From assembly GCA_013239625.1 (NCBI GenBank), contig MU053379.1:4831639-4852922 (forward strand): DNA of 21,284 nucleotides. The letters run 5' to 3'. The DNA comes from Lama guanicoe (lineage: Eukaryota). Of the stretch, positions 1-9,694 are shown piece by piece (the stretch's first letter is position 1; every line of letters begins with the position of its first letter). A program made the translations under genes and the position numbers. The notes beneath the pieces were generated by a model. The model was not told the origin of the DNA. It saw nothing but the letters and a program-made list of their open reading frames with translations, and made no database searches.

Positions 1-84
1 CTTCTGGAAAGGAGGGAGGGAGGGAGGGAAGGTGAGGAGAAACAGGAAAGGAAAGAACACCTGGGCTGGGAAGAGTCTCCTCCG

Positions 85-680
85 GTTTTGGGTGCAGCCC
101 TTACGCACGCCAGCTGGTCGAAACTGTTGTTGTGTTGTTGACGAAGAGGCCGCATTATCCCCGTGAGCCTGTCGATCCTGCCCGGGAAGCGGTGGGGCGA
201 GCTGCTGTGTGCCCGGGGCGTGCGCGGGGCCAGGCGGGAGGCTCTGGCCGGGCCGTGCTGGGCGCTGGCGTCGCCGCCACCTGGCGCCTGCTTCGTTTAG
301 ACTCATTAAGCTCCTCCGGGTCATTTTCCGCCCAGGACTCTCCTTGTGCGTCTTCCCACCCCTTTGCTTTCAGTGCTTCCGTGTGTCTCCGGTAAACAGG
401 CAGCGTACGTCCGGATACTCCTTCAAATCCAGAGGGAAGACTTGGTTCACTGCACTCCTCACGAATCAGCGCCGCTGCGAGCACCGACGGCTTTCACTGC
501 CGGTCTCGATCTTTTGTGTTTGTTTGCCCTGCCTTCTCTTTGCAGGCGCATGCATTTTTTCTCTCTCCTGGTTTGAAATGCGTGTTCTGTTTGGTAGTTA
601 TCCTTGAAATCTTCGCAGGCACAGTTGACCTAAGTCTAAAGCTGAATCATTCAACACGCCTCCATTGTCTTCCTGCTGCC
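85..680 (-). mobile_element. Ancient L1M fragment (5' ORF2/endonuclease region), antisense, heavily GC-shifted
   Basis: Segments such as ttcccacccctttgctttcag...gtgtgtctccggtaaacaggca and ggtagttatccttgaaatcttcgcaggcacagttgacctaagtctaaagctgaatca resemble the reverse complement of old L1M consensus as I recall it. Boundaries are approximate. Confidence 0.55.
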
Positions 681-1360
681 CGGCGGCCTGGCGGCCTTCG
701 TCCTCCGATGTTGGTTGCTGAGCAAATTATCTGCCCTTTCCCTCCAGCTGCTTTTATGGTCTCCCTGAATGTCGTGTCTGTCGGTCAAGTGCAGCGTGTG
801 GGTCCCGGCCGTGGGGAGCTTGCCTGCTTGCTGAAGGCGGCTCATCCCCTCAAGGGCTTAATCCCAGACTCCGGCTTCTTGTGCCACGTGGATCATGTGT
901 CCCAGACCGTGGAGTCTCTGAGACCCGTCTTAGCATGTCCTCGCAGAAGGGATCTGCATTTGCTTCTGCCAGAGTCAGGGCGGAGGGTTCACCGCCCCAA
1001 GCACCCACCCCCGAACCAAGTGTTCCGCTGTGATTCTCCAGGCTCAGGGAGCGGGAGCCCTCGGGGCGTGAGTGCAGGCTTGCGGCTGGACAGTCTCAGA
1101 GATGAAGGCGCCCCAGCACCCGCCCAGGGCAGCAGGTTCCCCCACGATCTTGGCCACAAGGATGCTTGCTTGCAAGACTCCTGTCCCTCCCGCTCACTGG
1201 AGGGGGGAAGGCATCCTGCTGAATCTGTGCTCTCTTTCACAGTCTTCGCACGGAATTCTTTGACCCGTGGGCAGCTCCATGTCCCCAAACCATGGAGTGG
1301 GCTGGGGTGGCTGTCGCTGCTGTTGACGGTCAGGGTGGAGGCAGCGTCACTTGCACTGAG

Positions 1361-1378
1361 GGTGCTGGTGGTGTTCAT

Positions 1379-1410
<32 letters not shown>

Positions 1411-1425
1411 TGGTGGTGGTGCTGG
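1361..1425. repeat. (GGT/GGC)n low-complexity trinucleotide tract
   Basis: ggtggtggcggtggtggcggtggcggtggtggtggtggtgctgg is seen directly. Confidence 0.85.
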
Positions 1426-1439
1426 GGGAGCGTGATGGC

Positions 1440-1763
1440 CAGGAATCGGTCAGCTTTTTCAGTAAGAGCCCGAGAATAAATATTTTAGGGTTTTAGACCA
1501 TCTGGCCTCTGTCACAGGTGCTCAACAACTCTGCCCTTCTTATGCCCAATAGCCGTGGGCACGTGTGAATGAGCAAGGGCACGGGGTGTGGTTCAACAAA
1601 ACTATATTTATGGACTTTGGAATTCCTTACTTTTCGTGTATCATGGAATATACTTCTTGTCTTCAGTCATTTAGAAATGTAAAAATCTTTCTTAGCTTGT
1701 GGGCTGTACAAATGCAGGCACTGGGAGGGATTTATCCTGTGGCCTGTAGTTTGCCAATTCCTG
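1440..1763 (+). mobile_element. MER58B-like non-autonomous hAT-Charlie DNA transposon (MITE)
   Basis: About 324 bp with terminal inverted repeats caggaatcggtca ... ttgccaattcctg. Internal motifs aaatattttaggg, aaaactatatttatggac, aaatgtaaaaatctttcttagcttgtgggctgtacaaa and gtggcctgtagtttgcc match the MER58B consensus as I recall it. Confidence 0.85.
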
Positions 1764-1765
1764 GC

Positions 1766-1897
1766 AATGGTGGTGATGGTGGTGTTAGAGATGGTGATGG
1801 TGGTGATGGCGGTGGTGGTGGTGATGGTGGGTGGTGGTCATGGTGGTGGTGGTGGTCATGGTGGTGGTGGTGGTGACTGTGGTGGTGGTGAAGGTGG
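1766..1897. repeat. Imperfect (GGT/GAT)n microsatellite
   Basis: atggtggtgatggtggtg...ggtcatggtggtggtggtggt is seen directly. It produces the spurious poly-Val, poly-Gly, poly-Trp and poly-His ORFs. Confidence 0.9.
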
Positions 1898-3989
1898 ACA
1901 CAGAGGAGCTATTGGTGAAGGAGGCTCTTCCCACATCTTCCTTAAAACTGAGATGGAGACTCACAAACCTGAAGGAAGTTGGCACAAGTTTCACAGACAG
2001 CAGTGGCCTTTGGTCTTCTCACTCCCAGTGTCCCAGCATCTCCGCCAACACTCATTGAACAAATCAGCCTCAGGATTCCCGCCCTCTCCCGACGTGTTGT
2101 GACGAAGCCCTGCTCCCAGCAGGGGCCTGAGCTGGCTGTGCGAGCAGGAGTCCCAGGCGACCAAAAGTGATGAGGTGGTGAGGCAGCGTTTTGCGGTTGT
2201 GATGTGGCATCTAAATGTTAAAGACCGATCCGGTTCTGAATGCTTCGGTAACTGTCTCCACTGCCAAATCACAGGCTTTTCCGTGTGTGCTGAAGGCAAA
2301 TTTTAATTGTTTTACTGAGGATTTGCAGGCAGCTCTTGGGCCCTGGTGGGAACACGTCTATTATCTGCTTGGCAGGAAGTACCGCTGTTTACACAGGAGG
2401 CTTCTGCCAGCGTCGGGTTTAGGGAAGCCCAGCACCTGGCGTCCTCCTAACGCGTGCGGACTGGGCTGCGCGAGAGGAGGCCGCGAGGGCCTGGCCGCCA
2501 GGCATCCCGGGCGCCCGGCTGAGCGCATCTCTAATTAATTTAACTCTCGTCATCAGCTGCCTGAGTGGTCGGTTCTATTCTCTTTCAACTCGGAGGTGCT
2601 GCTCTGAAGGCGCTGCGTGTGTCAAGTGTGACAGTCACAGCCCCAGATCTTCGGCACGTGAGGGTCTCATCAGGCACAGACCTCAGGTCCTGTTTGTGAG
2701 CTCGCGCCCAGCCCTCCCTCTCACTGACCTTCACGGCTCCCTGTGGGAGGAGGGGATGGGGGGCGGGAGGGGCCGGGAGAGACAGATTTTTTTAAAAAAT
2801 CCAAAACTGCTCGCAGGCTCAGAGAAAGGGACAACAGGAGGAGAAGGTTCGAGTTCTTCGCTTGTCTTTCCTTCATTGCTCAGCCTCCGTTTGGAAAGGA
2901 TGACACTTACCGCTCCGGTTTCCAAAACTGTCTTTTGATTTTTCTTCCTAGTTATTTCCTCAGAGCAAAGCATCTGTTAAATATTAGAAGCGAGCTTGAG
3001 AGAAATGCAGCGTGGAAGGTACCGTCCCGGTTTCTACGCGGACAGGTCTGGGTGTAATTCTGCCGTCATCGTGACACGGGGTTCCAGGCCACCAGCTGCG
3101 TGCCTCATGTTACTCTGCATTTCGCAATAATAAAGGCATTGATGTATAAGCCGAAAACACGGGGGACGCTCAGATTCCTTAACAGCGGTGTGCCTCGTGG
3201 GACAGATGCGGGCGGAGCGCAGCCCCGCTCAGATCTGCCTCCGACGGGGAAGGCGGAGGTGGAGGCTGCGGCCCGGGCCTCCTGACTCTGAGGCATCAGC
3301 CGCGTTGGGGTCGCAGCTCCCCGCTCAGCGAGGAGGCAGGCTCAGGGCCCCCTCCGTCTGCAGGTTGCATGGCCCGTCTGACCGTGGGGTTTCTCTGGTC
3401 TAGCTGATGTGGGGGAGACCCCCCTCTGCTTGCAGCCACTCTGTTCTGGGCCGTACGCGAAATGCTCACAGTTGTGGAAACTCCAGCCACGGACCCGGCT
3501 ACGCAGAGCACCTCTGTACCACCTGCTGTCAGAGACGACGTCGTGATCTGTGCTCTCCCAGGCTGTGCCGCCCTGAGGGTCCTACAGACATCGGCCCCTC
3601 TGGCTGCGTCAAAGCAGCTGAGCTTGGAGGGGTCCCGACTGCACCCCGGCCATGTCACCAGTGTGCCCGGGGCTCCCTCCCAGGCCCGTCACCCACACTG
3701 TCCCCAGCCCGTCTGCCCGGCTGCCTCTGTGACATCACGGCCCCTGGGAGCTGTACTTCAACAACACACGCAGCGTTATTGGAGCAGGCGGCCCAGAGTC
3801 CATGACAGTAGGTGTCTGATGTGTGCAGTGGCACCCAGGACCCTCAGAGAAGCGCCCCCCTTCTCCTGGCCCCCGGCCCCTCTGCCAGGGTCTCCCCAAC
3901 ACCGCCCATGCCCGTCCTGCCTCTGGGCCTCCGTTGCACGCCGTTCCCTCTGCCTGGAACATGGCTCTGACACGTCGTCACCTGCTGGC

Positions 3990-4745
3990 TTTTAAAACCC
4001 TTTATTATAGAAGATTTCCGACATACATGAAGTAGAGAGAAGTGGATAGCAGACCCCAGGTGCCCATCAGCCAGTCTCGCTGACTATCGACTCACGGCCA
4101 ACCTCGTTCTCTCTGGAGCCCGCCTCCTCCCTCTACAGGCAATCTTTAAACAAATCCCAGACGTTCAGTCAGCTGTTTCACCTGTAAACACCGTGTAAAT
4201 GCTTTGATATGAGTCTCTGAAAGTAGGTAGCTCTTTTGTAATCCTCATTATAACCTCCCAAAAATTAGCAACGCCTAAAAAAATTACATAACATCTCTGT
4301 GTCTGCTGTCTAGGCAGCGTCCTCATTGCTCCCTGGTCTCAGTGTGTAACTGTACGTGTGCGCAGTGTATAAAAAACAGAAATATGCAGAAATGTAGGGA
4401 GACACGTGTGTGTGCACGTGTGCATGTAAGTGCACGTATATGCCTGTGCACACACACAGGCAGGTGTGTGTATCAACACACACATAAATACAGTTAAAAA
4501 ATCTCAGCTCATCTGTTGGAATTAGACCCAAACAAGATTGATATATGCAGTTCGTGGCTCAGCCGTCCAAGTCTGTTAAATCCGTAGACCCCCGTCCCGT
4601 GACCCTTGCGATTCTGGGGTCACTTTTCCTGTAGGGGCGTCCCCGTCCTGGCCTTTGCTGGCTCCGTACACCCATGTTTTTGAACATTTGACATGTTCCT
4701 CTGTCGTCTGAATGTCCTGTAATTGGTAGTTAGATGTGGAGACAA
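3990..4745 (-). mobile_element. Old L1MC-type (L1MC5-like) 3' end, antisense
   Basis: tttattatagaagatttccgacatacatgaagtagagagaa, aaacaaatcccagac and acatgttcctctgtcgtctgaatgtcctgtaattggtagttagat match recalled L1MC 3' UTR reverse complement. A TG/CA-rich stretch interrupts it at about 4340-4490. Subfamily is tentative. Confidence 0.7.
4340..4490. repeat. Degenerate alternating purine-pyrimidine (TG/CA) tract
   Basis: acacgtgtgtgtgcacgtgtgcatgtaagtgcacgtatatgcctgtgcacacacac is seen directly. Confidence 0.6.
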
Positions 4746-5149
4746 GAAGAAAGTAAGGCTGTGCTGTGCTGTGTCGTGTGGTGTGTGTTCGGCAGGAAGG
4801 CCTCTCGGGGGTGACGCGGTTCCCGCCCGACGGCGTCCAGTCCGTGTCTTTGTTCCCGCAGGGCTCGCAGCCGCCGACACCCGCCTGGCGCCGCCCGCCC
4901 GCCCCTCTGGCTGCTGCGTGGCCGTGGCCGTGGCCGTGTTCGCCGATTCCGCAGGAGGCGCCGCGGGCCGACCGCATCTGCGGCCCGCGGGCCTTCAGCT
5001 CAGGTCAGTCTGAGTCGCTGTGACGCCTCTGACTCGCTTTCCTGCCTCGAGTCTTCCGGGGGCTCCTCCACCGGCTTCTGCTCCGCAGCCCTTCGTGGAC
5101 AAGCCCGATGACAGCCTGATCTCCTGACCCCTTTGAGGGACCCAGGCTT

Positions 5150-5950
5150 CTCTGCTGAGTAACCAAAGGTGTCCTTGCTTGTTTCCCTTCACCCCTTAGT
5201 AGAAGTGCTGTGACTTAGCCGGGGCGGGGCTTCCTCCGGCCGCTCTCCTGGGCGCCGGCTGAGCCTTTCAGCGTTAACTGCAGGATCGTTTTCTCCAGTC
5301 CAAGTTGCCGTGTTGGGCCTTGTCCGCTGTCTTTCTTCCCGCAGCTTCCTTTTATGTGCTTGGTGGGTTGTCTTTGCCTTTGTTCTGCATTCATCACTTT
5401 CTTTCAAAATATTCCGAGCCCTTGACGCGCACACGGGGAAACGCACGCTCTGGTGCTGAGGTCTGGTAGCGGACGCGTGCGCCCAAGTCCCCTCTGCCTT
5501 CCTGGGACGCGGGGACTGCATCTCCCGGAAGGCCCCCGTGTGCCGTCCGCACAAGATGGCCCTCCTGCGCTGATCCAGGCAGTGCTCTGCATCCACGTCA
5601 GAGCGCTGTGTCTGCCGTGGAGTTTCATATAAATTGAAGTGTTCACGCTTTTTAATTTAAAACGTTTTTCTGCTTTCCATCTGCTGTTTCTGTTAAGGGA
5701 TGATTCACCGTGTTTATTCAGTCCCGTTCCCTCTGGGTTGGCCTTGGCTCCTGAAATTTCTTTGTCTTTTACTTCCGTCTCTTGCCTGAGTTCTGTCCAC
5801 GTGCTTCTCTCAAACTCCGGTGCTTCTGAGTGCTTTCCCAGTTCCCGTTTCCCTTGCTCTTCCGATTGCTCCCGTCTTCCCGGCCCTCTTAGCTCTGGGA
5901 AACGTAGCTCTCCGGGTCACGTGGGCCTGGCTTCCGGCATGTTCGTTGTG
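5150..5950 (-). mobile_element. Possible highly decayed antisense L1M remnant
   Basis: Pyrimidine/T-rich composition typical of antisense L1, with only weak motif similarity (ctgggcgccggctgagcctttcagc). Not securely assignable. Confidence 0.3.
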
Positions 5951-6692
5951 CAGCTACTGTTACGGCGTAGTGGCTTTGCTTTCCCTTGGTCCAGCGTTTG
6001 AGCCGATGCTGTGCCTTGTGACCGTCAGCCGTCGATAAATACGTGTTTTATTGACCTGAAAGCTGCACAGTTGTGGTCGTTGTGAGGTTTCCACCGCCTC
6101 CGACCCCTAAAGCCCTGAGACTCGCGGGCCACGAGCAGGGAGACCTTGAGGCTTTCCTCACACCGCCACTTCGTCAGCGAGGCCGCTTCCGTGAGCGACG
6201 CGCCAGAGACGGCACAGGCGTTGAGCAGCAACGCTGAGGCTCCCTCCCTGCCTCCGGCCTCTCACCTTAGCCCTCCGTGTGCCCGTCAGCCTCGACACAA
6301 GGCAAGGCATGTTTCTCACACGTGAAGGGTGCGCCGGCTAGCCTGCCAGCCTCTGCCGGTTTCCCTCCACTGCCCGTCAGCGTCCTCGTCCACCTGTGGT
6401 TCCCCAGCCCTGGGGCAGCGGCTCCTGGAGCCGGGCTCCGAGCGAGCCCTACGGAAGGAGGCGGGCGCGGGTGGACGCGGCCTCGGCCACCGCGGGGAGA
6501 CGCGCCGGGCCCCACCCGGGGACGAGGTGGGCAGCCGCCTGCTGATGCGGCCGGAAGGCGAGTTGGCAGAAGGCAGGCGGCATCCTGGACGGAGCAGGGG
6601 CTGTTCAAGCCGGAATAACGATGGAGAGGTTCTCCTCTTTGCAGCTCCTGGTTCTGTATTTCATAGACTGAGGGACAAGTGAAGTGTTGCCT

Positions 6693-6723
6693 GTTACATA
6701 ATATAACCATTGCATTACGTAAT
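6693..6723. promoter_or_regulatory. Tandem D-box (PAR-bZIP/NFIL3) motifs
   Basis: GTTACATAAT (6693-6702; reverse complement ATTATGTAAC) and the palindrome ATTACGTAAT (6714-6723) both match RTTAYGTAAY perfectly and start 21 bp apart. Confidence 0.45.
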
Positions 6724-8640
6724 TCTGTGTCTGTTACAAAGAGCCGTGGGCGAGCGGCGCGGTCGCCGGGTGAGACCCTAGAGCGCGCCCCGAGGACCCC
6801 GGAGGCTGAGCCCGGTCCTGTTTTGTCTCTGGGCTGCTGAGTCCGGCTGGGGGGAGGCTCTGTCAGGTCGGAGCGGGCAGAAGTCCACACAGGAGAAACG
6901 AGCAGGTGGAACTGTGGGCTGAGCTCCACGCACGCGGCAGGCAGGCGGTTCCAGGAAACGGTGCTGAAGGATGCTGACGAGACAGAGATGAAGCTCCACC
7001 CACCTCAGCCCCTCTGCTCAGATAGCTCGCAATCTATGACACCCCCGCTGAAGGGGTCGCTTCAAGAAGGAAGGAAGTTCCTCAAGAATGTACACTGTTG
7101 TATGTATTTGTTTTAATACTTTTAAAAAGGTCGCTGCAAACTGCTCAGCAGCGATGTTGTGTCTACAACAGCCAGACCCGCGCTGCTGGCTGAGGGTCCC
7201 TCACATCAAGGTGCAGGGAAGCCCCCCTGCTCCTGTTAACGCGGATTCCGGCTTGGCGGCTCCAGCCTGACAGGCCCGGGCGGGACCGACGCGCGTTCCC
7301 AGCCGCAGCTCAGCTCGGGTGGAGACCGAGCTGCGCCTGCCCCAGGGCGCTGGGGCTCCCGCCCCCGGGGCGGCGGCGGCTCAGGGGCTCTTCCGGGGGC
7401 TCCTCTAACCTGAGACTGTTGTTCCGCAGGCGTTCACGGCGTCTGTGCCGCGGACCAGGCGTTGGGGGTGGGAGGAACCGTGCTTCCCTGGTCTTGGGCA
7501 CCGGGCAGGGCTGACAGGGAGGTGGCGTTGGTAGCGGTCACGCTGGCAGAGAAGGATGCTGTCGGAGGAACCAGAGCACGGCTGCTGGGGGCGCAGCTGA
7601 ACAGGGAAGGGAGACTGGCTGGTGGAGCAGGTGACTCCGTCCAGGAGGAGGAACTCGAACAAGTGCCACCGAACGTCAGTTGCCTGATGCTCCCAGGAAG
7701 ATTATTCTGGCCTTGGTGGGACGTCCACCCCGCACAAGGGCCCAGCTTTGAGATCAGCCTGGCGGCTTCTCCGTGGAAGGAGGAAGATCAGAGAAGCCAG
7801 GCGTGTGGACCGGAAACACATGCATAATCGTGCCGTGCTGGCTGGGAGGCGACCAGGCACAGGGGCCGTGCTCACACACAGCCCGCTTCCTGGGAGCTCG
7901 GAGCGTGCTCAGTGGTTCCGGCGCTGACTGCGCTGTGTCCCCAGGGACGAGCACGTCTCAGCGCACAGCAGGGTCTGCACTGCTTTCTCACCTCTCTTCG
8001 TTTGTCACAGTGTCACCTTGATGACACCCTGGTCACCTGTCAACGCTATCAAATTGCTGTTTTCCAGTTACTCCTCTCTCTCCTCCTCTGCTCAGTCTGG
8101 AATTTCAGATTCCTGTAGCTCCCCCCTAAATAAAGCAGCTGTAACGGAAGACAATTCTTAAATCGCATAGACAGTCAGAGCACCCCAAAGCCCCGAGGTG
8201 GAACCTTTTCCTACAGAACAGTTCTTACCTTGAGGAAGACTTGCCTCCAAAACGCTTAGCTTGGGTGTCTCCTTTTTCTTAACATTTGCAACTCTAGGAA
8301 GGCCCGCGATCTAGGGAGAAGCGTTTAGAAGCCGTCTTAATTGTACCCCAGGAACCTGGACGTTCCTCTAGGTCGAGCACCACTGAGGCAGGGAAATTTC
8401 CAGTGTGCTTCCTGGGCCCCTGCTGAAGGCCGGTGGCGTGTGTGAGCATTGAGTGAATTCTAATACGCGCGTTAGAATGTCCTGGAATGTGCGCGTGGAT
8501 TCCGTGCGCCTGTGGGGAGGTCTGTCCATGCACAGTTAGTGTGGGTCTCCCGTCACACAGCTTCCAAGTCTGTGTGGGACGTCGGGGAAACCCTTCCTTC
8601 CTTGGTGCATGTTGTCTGCTCGGATGAGGAGCCGTGGGCC

Positions 8641-8884
8641 GGGGGGGCCAGCCCCATGTCCCCGTGGCCGGGCTGGTGTGGGGGTCCACATGGGGGTCTG
8701 GGGGGGCCAGCCCCATGTCCCCGTGGCCGGGCTGGTGTGGAGGTCCACATGGGGGTCTGGGGGGGCCAGCCCCATGTCCCCGTGGCCGGGCTGGTGTGGG
8801 GGTCCACATGGGGGTGTGGGGGGAACCAGCCCCATGTCCCCGTGGCCGGGCTGGTGGGGGGCCCACGTGGAGTCTGGGGGCAGC
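8641..8884. repeat. G-rich minisatellite (VNTR), ~59-60 bp unit, about 4 copies
   Basis: The anchor ccagccccatgtccccgtggccgggctggtg recurs at 8648, 8707, 8766 and 8826 (periods 59, 59, 60). Confidence 0.95.
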
Positions 8885-9135
8885 TGGGACCACGGGTTTC
8901 TCTCGAGCTGCAGTGGTTCCAGTTCCTGCAGCGTCTCCTTCATCTGGAAGCAGAGACTTTGCAGAGGTGCGGGGAAGGCTCGCGCTGGCCGGGTGCCTGG
9001 GGAGTCCTCCTAAAACTGGCAGACGAGGGAGCGCCAGACCAGCGACACGGCCACGCCGAAACAACTCGGGTCTGGACAATGGGCAGCTTTTCAGGTGTGG
9101 TTTTCTTGTCTCATCTGTGTGTCCTCCTCCTTCAG

Positions 9136-9214
9136 GAGAAATGGGCCCCATGAGGCAAGCGTGACCCTCGCGTCCAGCCCTCCAGCCTGCCACCTGCCCG
9201 GCAGAGCCAGCGTC
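9136..9214 (+). other. SYNDIG1: 5' UTR portion of the first coding SYNDIG1 exon
   Basis: A pyrimidine tract ending in AG (ttttcttgtctcatctgtgtgtcctcctccttcag, ends 9135) lies 79 nt before the ATG. This fits a non-coding exon 1 located upstream of the window. Confidence 0.8.
9141..9164 (+). promoter_or_regulatory. Upstream ORF (MGPMRQA*) in the SYNDIG1 5' UTR
   Basis: ATG GGC CCC ATG AGG CAA GCG TGA, with in-frame ATGs at 9141 and 9150. The first has G at -3 and G at +4. The stop lies 50 nt before the main ATG. Confidence 0.55.
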
Positions 9215-9694
9215 ATGGCCAGCGTCCTGGAGCAGGAGAGCGCGCTGGTGCGTGGCAAGCTCAGCGAGGCCGGCAGGAGGAACGGCTTGATCAACACCCG
9301 GAGCTTCACGGCCGAGGGCAGGGACGGCCGGGCGTCCGTGTACCCCGCACACCAGTGCCAGGGCGGCCGGGGGGCGGACAGCCCAGCCCCGGCCGCCCTG
9401 CACGGCAGCAGGAACGAGCCACTCCAGCAGCTGCTGGACCCCAACACCCTCCAGCAGTCGGTGGAGTCCCACTACCGCCCCAGCATCATCCTCTACTCCG
9501 AGGGTGTGCTGCGCTCCTGGGGGGACGGCGTGGCCGCCGACTGCTGTGAGACCACCTTCATCGAGGACCGGTCGCCCCCCAAAGAGAGCCTGGAGTACCC
9601 CGACAGCAAGTTCATTGACCTCTCGGCTGAAGACATGAAAATCCACACTCTGTCCTACGACGTGGAGGAGGAGGAGGAGTTCCAGGAGCTGGAG
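9215..9694 (+). CDS. SYNDIG1: SYNDIG1 (synapse differentiation-inducing protein 1, TMEM90B), first coding exon, aa 1-160; partial CDS that continues in exons outside the window
   Basis: The translation MASVLEQESALVRGKLSEAGRRNGLINTR...QQLLDPNTLQQSVESHYRPSIILYSEGVLRSWGDGVAADCCETTFIEDRSPPKESLEYPDSKFIDLSAEDMKIHTLSYDVEEEEEFQELE matches my recollection of mammalian SYNDIG1. The ATG is in strong Kozak context (gtcATGG). The CDS part is exactly 480 nt and ends at a phase-0 donor GAG|GTCAGG. Almost all codons end in G or C. Confidence 0.96.

Noticed and set aside
516..1496. 326-aa ORF with a hydrophobic poly-Val tail resembling a transmembrane segment
   Set aside because: It begins in an L1 remnant, the tail comes from the GGT repeat, and it ends inside MER58.
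1930..2010. Possible MIR remnant (another near 3240-3295)
   Set aside because: Similarity is too weak to support by eye. It needs nhmmer against Dfam MIR models.
1565..2102. Poly-His, poly-Gly and poly-Trp ORFs
   Set aside because: These are translations of the GGT/GAT microsatellite.
8641..8884. CRISPR-like array
   Set aside because: The units are contiguous with no unique spacers, the context is mammalian, and there are no cas genes.
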